Made by a program: the position numbers and the translations under genes. A model generated the notes under the pieces. The model had not been told where the DNA came from. It searched no databases and saw nothing but the letters and a program-made list of their open reading frames with translations. From Candidatus Hydrogenedentes bacterium UBA6118 (GTDB lineage: Bacteria > Hydrogenedentota > Hydrogenedentia > Hydrogenedentales > SLHB01): a stretch of DNA of 64,000 nucleotides. Numbering within the stretch: the stretch's first letter is position 1; the number at the start of each line of letters is the position of its first letter. This document shows positions 8,622 to 18,383 of the stretch, in pieces. The stretch is from positions 52,533 through 116,532 of the forward strand of contig DIWA01000086.1 in assembly GCA_002422525.1 (NCBI GenBank). Direction: 5' to 3'.

Positions 8622-8833
8622 GGAATGGGGTCCTTCTCTGTACGGTGTCATTGCTGCGGATAATAGAGCAAGCGCGATGCCAATTGGAGGGGAACGCGTA
8701 AGATATTGCGCAGCAGAAGGTTAGCGCGTGCGATGTCTGCGCGGATGGGCGGCGAGAGGTCGCGGTTTTCGCCGGATACAGGCGATCCGGGCGGAGATGT
8801 GGCGAAAATCGCCGAGTGCGCGCGTCGGGCTGA

Positions 8834-10006
8834 TCAGCCTGCCGCGGGCCAGTCCGGCGGGAACGACGCGTGCTTGATCGCCTTGCCGTCCGATGTGTGG
8901 ACGGAGTAGACCACGTGCACGCGCCCGTCGCGGGTCTGGATCGCCGTGGCGTAGCTGTAGGAGGCGTCGCCGCGCTCGAGAGGACGCGGGGGACCCCACG
9001 TCTCGCCTTCGTCGTCGCTCAGCGCCGCGGCGAGCGATGCCCGGCCCTCCCGTGTGTCGTTGTAGACAAGCAGCCAGCGGCCGTCCGCGAGAGCGAGGGT
9101 CTGCACGCTCGCGTCGGGGTTCGGCAGGTCCGTCGGGACCGCCGGCGTCCACGTCTCGCCTTCGTCGAAGGACATTGCGCGCAGGATGGCGCGGTCCGGG
9201 TGGCCGCTCTGGCGACAGAACGCCACGAGCGCGCCGTCGCTGCGTTGGGTGATGCTGGGCTGGATCGGGCCGAGGCCGATGATCGCCCCGCCCGGCCCCC
9301 ACGACGCGCCGCCGTCGTCGCTCAGCGCGACCAGACCGGCGTTGAAGCCGTCGGAGTAGAGGGGGAGGACCATGCGCCCGCTCTCGAGCGTGATGGGGCG
9401 GATGCGGGTCATCCACCCAAGCTGGCGCTTGATCGGGTCCTCGGCGGCGGCGATCAGTTGGCGGGTGTAGGGCAGGGCGTACTCCGCCCAGAGGTCCTCA
9501 GAGACTCCAAGCTCCTTGAACCGCTCCTCCATGACCGCGCGGAAGCCGTCGCCTGGTTCGAGGATCAGGACGTCGCCCCTATTCCAGCGCGGCGGGCCGT
9601 CGCCCTCATAGTCCTCCGACACGCAGTAGCGCAGGAGCGAGTGTTCCCAGCGGTTCGCGATCACCGCGATCCACATGAGGTGGAGGCGGTCCTGGGCGTC
9701 GAGGAAGAGGATCGGGTTGCAGTCGGGCAGGTTCGGGGTGTCGGCCAGCTCGAACGGCTCGCTCCACGCGTCCGCGCCGCGCCGCAGCCGCGCGCCGCGG
9801 ATCACCACGTCGTTCGCCTTGCGCTCGCCCGAGCCCTGGAACCAGCAGGCCAGCAGGTCGCCGTTCGGCAGCTCGACCAGGCTCGCGGAATGCGTGTGTT
9901 GCGGCTGCAACGGGAAGATCAGGCGCGCTTCCAGTTCGTCGCCGCCCGCGGTGAGGGCGAGCAGCGACGCGGGGACCAGCGAGATCGAGAGGACGAGCGA
10001 CGACAT
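8834..10006 (-). CDS. BNR-repeat exo-alpha-sialidase-like glycoside hydrolase (GH33-like), secreted
   Basis: Signal peptide MSSLVLSISLVPASLLALTAGG and repeated Asp-box motifs SDDGGASW, SFDEGETW, SDDEGETW. Confidence 0.75.
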   Translation of the reverse strand: MSSLVLSISLVPASLLALTAGGDELEARLIFPLQPQHTHSASLVELPNGDLLACWFQGSGERKANDVVIRGARLRRGADAWSEPFELADTPNLPDCNPILFLDAQDRLHLMWIAVIANRWEHSLLRYCVSEDYEGDGPPRWNRGDVLILEPGDGFRAVMEERFKELGVSEDLWAEYALPYTRQLIAAAEDPIKRQLGWMTRIRPITLESGRMVLPLYSDGFNAGLVALSDDGGASWGPGGAIIGLGPIQPSITQRSDGALVAFCRQSGHPDRAILRAMSFDEGETWTPAVPTDLPNPDASVQTLALADGRWLLVYNDTREGRASLAAALSDDEGETWGPPRPLERGDASYSYATAIQTRDGRVHVVYSVHTSDGKAIKHASFPPDWPAAG

Positions 10007-10209
10007 GGGGAACCTCCTGTGGGTTGACCTGATTATCGGGAACGCGGCAGGCCCCGTCAAGAGGGGTGGTTCGTGGTTTTGCGGCAGCCGCCGCGCAATT
10101 GCTACCCTGTTTCTTTCATCTGAGTAGGGTTTCCTTGCGGGATCGGTGTGCATGGGCGGCGGATAGACGGGACGCCCGGGCCCAACTCGAACAGAAAGAC
10201 GCGTGTGCG

Positions 10210-11652
10210 ATGGCTGCGAAACAACTCATTGAACCGAGAACGCTGAAGGGCTTCAACGACGTACTGCCGGAGCAGGCGGCGCTGCGTCGCGCGGTGATCC
10301 GCACGGTCGAGGAAGCCTTCGAGCTCTACGGGTTCGCCCCGCTCGAGACGCCCGCGCTCGAGTATCTGGACACCCTGCTGGGCGCGGGCGGCGAGGAGAC
10401 GAACAAGGAGATGTTCCGCCTCGAAAGCCCCGAGGGCGACCCGATCGCCCTGCGGTTCGACCACACCGTTCCGTTCGCCCGCGTGCTCGCGCAGTACCCG
10501 GACCTGCTCAAGACGCCGTTCCGCCGGTACGCCGTGGGCCCGAACTGGCGCGCGGATAAGCCGGGGCAGTGGCGCCTGCGTCAGTTCACCCAAGTCGACA
10601 TCGACGTCGCGGGTCCGGACTCGGTCGCGGTCGACGCGGAAGTGCTTTCGGCGATCACCACCGTGATGCAGCGGCTCAACGCCCGCGGGTTCGTGATTCA
10701 GGTGAACAACCGCAAGCTCATCGACGCGCTGCTTGACGGGTGCGGCATCCACGACCCCGCCCGGGCGAAGCACGTCCTGCGCGTGATCGACAAGCTCGAG
10801 AAGGTCGGGCTCGACGCCGTGCGGCGCGAACTGGGCGAAGGCCGCATCGACGACTCCGGCGACCCGATCCCCGGCGTGCGGCTCGAAGCGGACGTCATCG
10901 ACCGGCTCCTCGCCTTCATCGCGATCTCCGGCGCAACGCGCGGCGAGGTCGTCGACCACGTCGCGGCGGCGCTGCCCGCGTCCGACCTGACCGACAAGGC
11001 CGTCGCGGAGATGCGGGATCTCGACGCCTGCCTCACGGCGCTGGGCGTGGGCGACGCGCATGTGGTCTTCAGCCCGAGCCTGGCGCGCGGTCTCGATTAT
11101 TACACCGGCCCCGTGTTCGAGATCGGTCTCCCCGACGCGTCGGCGATCGGCTCCTTCGGCGGCGGCGGCCGCTACGACGGGCTCGTGGACCGCTTCCTGA
11201 ACCGGCGGATCCCCTGCACGGGCTTCGCATTCGGTTTGGAGCGCCTCCTCGGCGCACTCGAGGCCGTGGATGCGTTGCCAGAGACGCCCCCGCGCACCGA
11301 GGTGCTGGTCGTCACGATGGGCCGCGTCCCGTTGGCTGAGACGCTGCGACTCGCGAGCGAGCTGCGCGCGGCCGGTTTGCGTACAGAGCCCTACTTCGCC
11401 AGTCGGAAGAAGATGGGGATGGGCAACCAGCTTTCGCATGCCGACCACTACGGCGTGCCGGTGGCCGTGATTCTCGGCGAGGACGAGCTGGCGAACGGCG
11501 TGGTGTCGATCAAGAACCTGATGGAGGGCAAGCGCCGTCGCGAGGACATCACGGATCGCGAGGCGTACCGCGCCGCCGGCAAGGCCGGACAGGTCAGCGT
11601 CGCCCGCACGGAGATGGTGGCGACGGTGATCGCCATGCTGGGTCGCGCGTGA
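10210..11652 (+). CDS. hisS: Histidine--tRNA ligase
   Basis: Class II aaRS motifs (FRLESPEGDPIALRFDHTVPFAR, RRYAVGPNWRADKPGQWRLRQFTQVD, GGGRYDGLV) and a C-terminal anticodon-binding domain. Confidence 0.9.
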   Translation: MAAKQLIEPRTLKGFNDVLPEQAALRRAVIRTVEEAFELYGFAPLETPALEYLDTLLGAGGEETNKEMFRLESPEGDPIALRFDHTVPFARVLAQYPDLLKTPFRRYAVGPNWRADKPGQWRLRQFTQVDIDVAGPDSVAVDAEVLSAITTVMQRLNARGFVIQVNNRKLIDALLDGCGIHDPARAKHVLRVIDKLEKVGLDAVRRELGEGRIDDSGDPIPGVRLEADVIDRLLAFIAISGATRGEVVDHVAAALPASDLTDKAVAEMRDLDACLTALGVGDAHVVFSPSLARGLDYYTGPVFEIGLPDASAIGSFGGGGRYDGLVDRFLNRRIPCTGFAFGLERLLGALEAVDALPETPPRTEVLVVTMGRVPLAETLRLASELRAAGLRTEPYFASRKKMGMGNQLSHADHYGVPVAVILGEDELANGVVSIKNLMEGKRRREDITDREAYRAAGKAGQVSVARTEMVATVIAMLGRA

Positions 11653-11782
11653 GCATGTCGCGGCTGTAGCATGGCGTGCGCGGGCATGGTCTTGAACCGC
11701 GGGTGGGATTGATGCTATGTTTTCCTAACGAGGAATTCGTGCGCCATGTGGTATCGGCGCGGATCTGGAAGGACGGAGCCGA

Positions 11783-12259
11783 ATGCACCTGCCGAACACC
11801 ATGGCGCGCGCCATCGCGCCGCTGCTCACCGCGCTCCCTCCGGACCAGGCGATGGGACGCCTTGTGCCCACGGAGGGGGCCTCACCCGAGCTGCTGGGGA
11901 TTGCCCAGAGCGTGTTGCGCGACCCGGCGGTCGCGGGCGACCCGACGCTCGCCGCGGGGCTGTGGCTGTATGTCGACGAGCTCGACCGGAGCCACCGCGT
12001 CAGCCAGGGCATCGCCACGCAGACGGGGTCGTTCTGGCACGGCATCATGCATCGCCGCGAAGGCGATTTCGGGAACAGCCACTACTGGTTCAACCGAGTC
12101 GGTGATCATCCCGCGATGCGGGGCATACCCGAGTACGACAGCCACGCGTTTATCGACGAGGTGGAGCGGCGCGGAGACGGCGATCCCGCCGACCTTGTCG
12201 CGATGCAGCGGGCGGAGTGGGTCGCGCTGTTCGAGTGGTGCGCGGGGCAGACGGCATAG
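11783..12259 (+). CDS. Hypothetical protein
   Basis: Good codon bias and normal amino-acid composition, conserved-looking core (WHGIMHRREGDFGNSHYWF); no family recognised. Confidence 0.35.
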   Translation: MHLPNTMARAIAPLLTALPPDQAMGRLVPTEGASPELLGIAQSVLRDPAVAGDPTLAAGLWLYVDELDRSHRVSQGIATQTGSFWHGIMHRREGDFGNSHYWFNRVGDHPAMRGIPEYDSHAFIDEVERRGDGDPADLVAMQRAEWVALFEWCAGQTA

Positions 12260-12373
12260 GGCCGCGATGAGCGGTCGGTAGGATAACGGGGCCTTCCTTC
12301 GGTCTTCCGGGGATGAAATACGTGAGTCGTCGGGCGGTGCGTCGCCATCGGCCCGACGCTGGGAGCGCTATCC

Positions 12374-13873
12374 ATGGATCTCGATCCGGTACTGCTTTCG
12401 CGGTTGCAGTTCGCACTGACGATCTCGTTTCACTACCTGTTCCCGCCGTTGTCCATCGGCCTGGGCTGGCTCATGGTCATCATGGAGGGGCTCTACCTCA
12501 AGACCGGCGACAAGGAGTACGAGTCCATCGCGCGGTTCTGGACCGGCATCTTCGCGGTCGTCTTCGCCATGGGCGTCGCCACGGGCATCGTGATGGAGTT
12601 CGAGTTCGGCACGAACTGGTCCACCTACTCGCGCTACGTCGGCGACGTGTTCGGCTCGGCCCTCGCCGCGGAGGGCATCTTCGCCTTCTTCCTCGAGTCC
12701 GGTTTCCTGGCCGTGCTCGTGTTTGGATGGGACCGCGTCGGACCCAAGATGCACTTCTTCTCGACTGTGATGGTCGCCGTCGGCGCGCTGTTCTCGTCGG
12801 TCTGGATAACGGTCGCCAATTCCTGGCAGCAGACGCCCGCCGGTCACCACATCGTGCAGGTGATGCAACGCGACGGCACGCCGCTGCTGATCAACGGGCA
12901 ACCGCAGTATCGCGCCGAGATCGTCGATTTCTGGGCGGTCGTGTTCAGCCCTTCGAGCGTGCAGCGGCTGCTTCACGTCTGGCTCGGCGCGGGCATCCTG
13001 GGCGCGTTCTTCGTGTTGAGCATCGCCGCCTACTACATGCTGCGTAACCGACACGTCTCCGCCGCGGAGAAGATGTTCAAGGTCGCCCTTCCCGTCGCGC
13101 TCATCCTGTCGCTGCTTGCGCTGCTGTCGGGGCATTCCCAGGCGCGGACCGTCGCCGAGACGCAGCCGGCCAAGCTCGCCGCGTTCGAGGCGCATTTCGA
13201 GACGGGCGACGGACCGGCCCCGCTGTATCTGTGGGGCTGGCCGGATCAGGAGGCCCGGGAGGTCAACTACGGCGCGGCCGTGCCGGGATTGCTGACCTTC
13301 CTGGTGCATGGGGACTTCAGCACGCCCATCACCGGGTTGGACCAGTTCGCGCGGGAAGACTGGCCGCCGGTCTGGATCACGTTCCAGACCTACCACATCA
13401 TGGTGGCGCTGGGCATGTACTTCATCGCGATCACCGTCTTCGCGACGTTCCTCTACGCGCGCGGCGCGCTGTTCCGCACGAAGTGGCTGCTGTGGCTGTT
13501 TGTGTTCTCCGTGGTCGGCCCGTTCATCGCCAACCAGACGGGATGGGCCGCCGCGGAGGTGGGGCGGCAACCGTGGATCGTGTACGGGCTGCTCCGCACC
13601 GGCGACGCGTACAGCCCGTCCGTGGGCGCTGGGGAGATCCTGTTCTCGATGATCGTGTTCGGGATCATCTATCTCGTTCTGTTCGTTCTCTGGATCTACA
13701 TCATGGACATGAAGATTCGGAAGGGGCCCGAGCCGGTGGGCGATCACGCCGCCGGGCGCGAGGGCTTCATGCGCGTCGCCAGCGAGCTCGCCGACCACGC
13801 CGGACCGTCCATGACGTCCGCGCGTTCGGATGACGGCGAAGACGACGCGCACGCCGAGCGGAACCGCAAGTAA
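12374..13873 (+). CDS. cydA: Cytochrome bd ubiquinol oxidase subunit I
   Basis: [32 protein letters not shown] and Q-loop region are typical CydA. Confidence 0.92.
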   Translation: MDLDPVLLSRLQFALTISFHYLFPPLSIGLGWLMVIMEGLYLKTGDKEYESIARFWTGIFAVVFAMGVATGIVMEFEFGTNWSTYSRYVGDVFGSALAAEGIFAFFLESGFLAVLVFGWDRVGPKMHFFSTVMVAVGALFSSVWITVANSWQQTPAGHHIVQVMQRDGTPLLINGQPQYRAEIVDFWAVVFSPSSVQRLLHVWLGAGILGAFFVLSIAAYYMLRNRHVSAAEKMFKVALPVALILSLLALLSGHSQARTVAETQPAKLAAFEAHFETGDGPAPLYLWGWPDQEAREVNYGAAVPGLLTFLVHGDFSTPITGLDQFAREDWPPVWITFQTYHIMVALGMYFIAITVFATFLYARGALFRTKWLLWLFVFSVVGPFIANQTGWAAAEVGRQPWIVYGLLRTGDAYSPSVGAGEILFSMIVFGIIYLVLFVLWIYIMDMKIRKGPEPVGDHAAGREGFMRVASELADHAGPSMTSARSDDGEDDAHAERNRK

Positions 13874-13926
13874 CCGGGGAAACCGTGACCGGGCTCACCG
13901 TGTCGCATCGATGAAAGGCCGCCGAC

Positions 13927-14943
13927 ATGGACGTCAATCTGCTTTGGTTCGCCCTGCTTGGGGTGTTGCTCACCGGGTATGCCATTCTCGACGGGTTCGA
14001 CCTGGGCGTCGGCATCCTGCACCTCGCCGTGCGCAAGGATAAGGACCGGCGCGTGTTCATGAACTCGATCGGCCCCCTGTGGGACGGCAACGAGGTGTGG
14101 CTCGTCACTTTCGGCGGGGCGCTGTTCGCGGCCTTCCCCGAGTGCTACGGCACGACCTTCTCCGCGTTCTACACGCCCTTCATGATCCTGCTCTTCGCAC
14201 TGATCGGCCGCGCGATCTCGATGGAGTTTCGCAGCAAGCTGCAGTCGCCGTTCTGGCGCGGCTATTGGGATTTCTCCTTCTTCATCTCCAGCTTCGTCGC
14301 GACGCTGCTCTTCGGGGTCGCCGTGGGCAACGCGATCCTCGGGCTGCCCATCGGCGCGGATCGCGAGTTCCACGGCACGATGCTCGACCTGCTCCGCCCC
14401 TACGCCCTGCTGGTCGGCGTGTTCGTCGTGTCCATGTTCGCCATGCACGGGTCCATATACCTCTACCTGAAGACGGAAGGCGAACTGCAGGAGCGCATCC
14501 ATCGGTGGATCTGGCGCACGTTCTTCGTCTTCCTTGCGCTGTTCATCCTGACCACCGCGGTCACGCTCGTCTACATCCCCCGCGCGACCGACAACTTCCA
14601 GCACTACCCCTGGGCGTGGATCGTCGTGATCCTGAACGTGCTCGCCATTGCGAATATCCCCCGGGCGATCTACCACGGCCGTCCGCTCTACGCCTTCATC
14701 ACGTCCTGTTGCACGATCGCGGCGTTCAACTTCCTGTTCGGCATCGCCCTGTTCCCGAACCTGCTCGTGTCGACCATCGACCCGGCGTACAGCCTCGACG
14801 TCTATAACGCGGCCTCGTCGCAGAAGACGCTGTGGATCATGACGCTGATCGCGGCGCTGGGCATGCCCTTCGTGCTCGCCTACACGGCGGTGATCTACTG
14901 GACCTTCCGCGGCAAGGTGCAGCTCGGCAAGTTCAGCTACTGA
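13927..14943 (+). CDS. cydB: Cytochrome bd ubiquinol oxidase subunit II
   Basis: LWFALLGVLLTGYAILDGFDLGVGIL...GPLWDGNEVWLV is typical CydB; immediately downstream of cydA. Confidence 0.9.
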   Translation: MDVNLLWFALLGVLLTGYAILDGFDLGVGILHLAVRKDKDRRVFMNSIGPLWDGNEVWLVTFGGALFAAFPECYGTTFSAFYTPFMILLFALIGRAISMEFRSKLQSPFWRGYWDFSFFISSFVATLLFGVAVGNAILGLPIGADREFHGTMLDLLRPYALLVGVFVVSMFAMHGSIYLYLKTEGELQERIHRWIWRTFFVFLALFILTTAVTLVYIPRATDNFQHYPWAWIVVILNVLAIANIPRAIYHGRPLYAFITSCCTIAAFNFLFGIALFPNLLVSTIDPAYSLDVYNAASSQKTLWIMTLIAALGMPFVLAYTAVIYWTFRGKVQLGKFSY

Positions 14944-15149
14944 GCGCGCGGCATCGCCTGCAACCTGAGCGGAGGGGGCGCTGGAACCCGGTCTGTGGGC
15001 GTCCCCTTCGCTCGTTTTGTATTCGAGCAGGGAATACAACGCGCCGCCCCGGCGTGTTCCCTCTGCAAGAAGGGCGCGCGCCGCGCCCAGACGCTACGTG
15101 AATCCGAACCGGGCGCGCCCCTAACGCCGCCCGTCATGGAGATACGCCC

Positions 15150-15944
15150 ATGCCTTCCTGGTTCTCGAACGTGTTCAGCAAGTCCCGGTCCGCGCCGGCC
15201 GCGCAGCGGATCTCGCGCGCCCAACTCGCCGCCGTGATGACCGAAGAGGACAACCCCGAGCCGGAGGCGCTCGACGCGCCGCCGCAGCGCAGAGTCGTCG
15301 ATGCGCCCGTGATCGCGCCGGACGCGCCGTCGAGCGGTCCCGCGGATGAGATTCGCATCAAGGCGCAGCCATTGCACGCGAACGCGTGCGTGTTCCTGGT
15401 CGACCGACCGGTGTTCGCCGGACGTTCCATCGTATGCACCGGTCCCCAGAACGCCGCGGACGCGCCTCTGGCTCAGCGGCTGTTCGCGCTGGACGAGCGG
15501 GTCATCGAGGTCGTGATCCACAATCTGACCGTCAAGGTGCGGACGCATCCCCGGGTCCAGACGGACTGGGACACGTTCGCGCCGCGGATCGGCGCGGCGA
15601 TCCGCGAGCATCTCAAGACGGGCGGCCCTGTGGCGTCCCCGGAGTTTGAGGCGGCGATCCCGTCGGAAGAGGCCCTCCGCGCCGAGATCGAAGACATCCT
15701 CGAATCCGTCGTCAACCCCGGCATCGCGGGGCACGCGGGGCGGATCCGGCTGGACGGCGTCGAGGGCAACACGGTGTACCTCGAGATGCTCGGCGGCTGC
15801 CAGGGCTGCGCGGCGTCGCAGATCACCCTGAAGCAGGGCGTCGAACGTCTGCTCCGCGATGCGATGCCGCAGCTCGGCGCGGTGCTCGACGTGACGGACC
15901 ACGCCGCCGGCAACAACCCGTACTATCGCGAACTCCCCGCGTAG
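15150..15944 (+). CDS. Nfu-type Fe-S cluster scaffold (Nfu_N-like domain plus NifU C-terminal CxxC domain)
   Basis: C-terminal VNPGIAGHAGRIRLDGVEGNTVYLEMLGGCQGCAASQITLKQGVERLL is a NifU-like CxxC domain. The middle region resembles the Nfu N-terminal domain. Exact start uncertain. Confidence 0.6.
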   Translation: MPSWFSNVFSKSRSAPAAQRISRAQLAAVMTEEDNPEPEALDAPPQRRVVDAPVIAPDAPSSGPADEIRIKAQPLHANACVFLVDRPVFAGRSIVCTGPQNAADAPLAQRLFALDERVIEVVIHNLTVKVRTHPRVQTDWDTFAPRIGAAIREHLKTGGPVASPEFEAAIPSEEALRAEIEDILESVVNPGIAGHAGRIRLDGVEGNTVYLEMLGGCQGCAASQITLKQGVERLLRDAMPQLGAVLDVTDHAAGNNPYYRELPA

Positions 15945-15955
15945 AGGCGACGACC

Positions 15956-16300
15956 ATGCCCCGACTCGATGCATTCGACATCACGATTCGCACCGGCGCG
16001 CGCGGCCGAAGCCGTCCGCCGCACTTTGTCATCAACGGGTACCCGCTGGAGTTCGACACGCACACAGGATCGACCGAGCCTGGAGACGTGTTCGAGGCCC
16101 ATGGCGACCCGGGCAGCTTTCCGCATTCGCTCCTGTTGGCGGGTCCGGAGGAGGGAAGCTGGGACATCGAAGGGGTGACGATCACGTACTACCCCGACGG
16201 CGAGGAGTCGTACACCGTCGAACTGGGGGCCTGCACCCTGGACGACGACGCCGATCTGAACATCAACCACCCGCGACCCGCGCCCGTGTTCGACGTCTAG
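15956..16300 (+). CDS. Small PLAT/LH2-like beta-sandwich protein (hypothetical)
   Basis: FDITIRTGARGRSRPPHFVINGYPLEFDTHTG...SWDIEGVTITYYP resembles the PLAT/LH2 pattern (YxVxVxTGdxxgAGTdaxVxIxLxG...). Inference only. Confidence 0.35.
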   Translation: MPRLDAFDITIRTGARGRSRPPHFVINGYPLEFDTHTGSTEPGDVFEAHGDPGSFPHSLLLAGPEEGSWDIEGVTITYYPDGEESYTVELGACTLDDDADLNINHPRPAPVFDV

Positions 16301-16337
16301 TCCCGCCCCCGGCGCGCGTCGCTTCAGGAGAACCCCC

Positions 16338-16670
16338 ATGGCATCCGATCTCGCCTCGCGAACATGCGTTCCATGCACGGGCGGCGTTCCGCCGCTGAAG
16401 GGCGCCGAGCTGGCCGCCCTCGCCCAGCAGCTTCCCGCCGGCTGGACCGTGGTGGAAGAGCAGCGGCTCGAGAAGACGTTCACGTTCCCCTCCTACCGCG
16501 ACGGCGTCGCGTTCGCGAACCGCGTGGCCGACCTGGCCGAGGAGCAGAACCATCATCCGGACATCCTCATCACGTATCGCCGCGTGACCGTCGCGATCTG
16601 GACGCACAAGATCGACGGCCTCACCGAGAGCGACTTCGTGTTCGCGGCGAAGGCGGACCTGCTCGGCTGA
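16338..16670 (+). CDS. phhB: Pterin-4-alpha-carbinolamine dehydratase
   Basis: 110 aa with EEQNHHPDILITYRRVTVAIWTHKIDGLTESDF, the canonical PCD motif around HHPD. Confidence 0.85.
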   Translation: MASDLASRTCVPCTGGVPPLKGAELAALAQQLPAGWTVVEEQRLEKTFTFPSYRDGVAFANRVADLAEEQNHHPDILITYRRVTVAIWTHKIDGLTESDFVFAAKADLLG

Positions 16671-16710
16671 TCGCGCACCGCATCGCCTGTGTTGGCGTTT
16701 TCCCGGCGCG

Positions 16711-17259
16711 ATGCGCCATACTGATGCGTTCCGCGCGTTGTGTCGCGGCGCTGTGTCGAGGACTCCCCCTTTGCCCTGTAACGACATAACCGAGGCGATC
16801 ACACTCACCATCGGCGCAGACGATCGTCTGGCCGACTACGCCCTGTCGAAACGCACGTGCGGTCAGGCGGTGGGGGCGCGCGCCTTGCTGCTGGAGTGGT
16901 TGCAGGGACGGCGGATTGACGACATCGTCGCGCTCGAACCGGTGGACGTGGGGGAGCGGTATCCCGATCTGTCGCAGATCGAGGAGTTTCTCGCCCTCAA
17001 GCACCTCTACGCCGTCCAGAGCGCCGCGGCGGTTCTGCTGGGGACCGCGCCAGGCGGACCATACGACGCGTGCGCCGCCGCGGTCGTGTCGCACGGCGAA
17101 GAGAGCACGACGATCGACGCGCGCATCGCGGTCGACGTCATCACGAAGAGGATCAAGTCCTGCGGCGGCTGCAAAGGCTGCGGCAGGAAGCCCCGGGCGG
17201 CGAAGCGCGCCGTTGCCGGGCGACCCGCCAACACAAGGAGAGGATCTACGCATGTCTGA
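16711..17259 (+). CDS. Hypothetical protein with C-terminal CGGCKGCG motif
   Basis: ORF with reasonable codon bias between the phhB and xylA homologs; no family recognised; Cys-rich C-terminus. Confidence 0.3.
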   Translation: MRHTDAFRALCRGAVSRTPPLPCNDITEAITLTIGADDRLADYALSKRTCGQAVGARALLLEWLQGRRIDDIVALEPVDVGERYPDLSQIEEFLALKHLYAVQSAAAVLLGTAPGGPYDACAAAVVSHGEESTTIDARIAVDVITKRIKSCGGCKGCGRKPRAAKRAVAGRPANTRRGSTHV

Positions 17260-18280
17260 GTTCAAGTTCTCCGTCGGGCCGTGGAATGTACACGAAGGGG
17301 GAGACGCCTTCGGTCCGGAAGTACGCGAGAGCATTCCCCTCGAGGAGAAGATCGCCCGGTTCAAGGAGATCGGCATCGACGCGGTTCAGTTCCACGACGA
17401 CGACGCCGTGCCGCAGATGAACGGGATGAACGAGTCTGAGATCCGCGACGCCGCGCGGGAAGTGCGCACGATGCTCGATCAGCACGGACTGGCGGCGGAG
17501 TTCGTCGCGCCTCGGCTCTGGGAAGACCCGCGCACCGTCGACGGCGGCTTCACCTCGAACTACCCCGAGCACCGCGAGTTCGCCCTCTGGCGGGCGCTTC
17601 GCAGCGTGGACATCGCGCGCGAGCTGGGCTGCAACAAGCTCGTCATGTGGCTGGCGCGCGAAGGTACGCTGTGCTACGAGTCGAAGGACCCCGTGCTCAG
17701 CGTGCGTCGCCTGATCGACGCGGTGAACCAGATCCTCGCCTACGATGACAAGATCCAGATCCTCATCGAGCCGAAGCCGAACGAGCCGATCGACCGCAGT
17801 TTCTGCCCGACCCTCGGCCACGTGATGGGGCTGGCGATGCAGACCGCTGATCCCACGCGCGTGGGCGGCCTGCTCGAGAGCGCCCACGCCATCCTGGCCG
17901 GCCTCGATCCCGCGAATGAGATCGCCTTCGGGCTCGCCATGGGCAAGCTGTGGGGCGTGCACCTGAACGACCAGAACGGCATGAAGTACGACCAGGACAA
18001 GGCCTTCGGCGCAGAGAACCTCCGGCAGGCGTTCAATCAGGTCCGCGTGCTGGTCGACAACAACTACGGCAGCAACGGCGAGTACGTCGGGTTGGACGTG
18101 AAGGTGATGCGCACCCAGCCGATAGAGAAGAGCTATCGGCACATCGAGAACAGCATCCGCGTGTTCAAGCTGCTCGAAGAGAAGGCCCGTCGCTTCGATC
18201 GGGAGTTCCAGGCGCAGTGCGTGGCGGAGCGCGACTACGAGAAGCTCGAGCTCTACGTGCTCGAACTCCTCATGTCGTAG
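17252..18280 (+). CDS. xylA: Xylose isomerase, class I (short actinobacterial type)
   Basis: [47 protein letters not shown] closely parallel the Streptomyces-type XylA motifs ([47 protein letters not shown]). AGGAGAGG RBS precedes the ATG. Confidence 0.8.
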   Translation: [342 protein letters not shown]

Positions 18281-18298
18281 ACCGTCTTCCGAATTGGC

Positions 18299-18371
18299 GA
18301 GACCGCGCGGTCGGCGCGATGTCCGGGGCGTACAACGCCCTCTCGACGTCCAGACCCGATCGCGCGGTCTC
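18299..18371. terminator. Possible bidirectional terminator: 15-bp imperfect inverted repeat between convergent xylA and GH2 genes
   Basis: gagaccgcgcggtcg ... cgatcgcgcggtctc (one mismatch) with an inner GGGCG-tacaa-CGCCC hairpin. The loop is long, so confidence is low. Confidence 0.25.
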
Positions 18372-18383
18372 TCTTTCTCGCGC

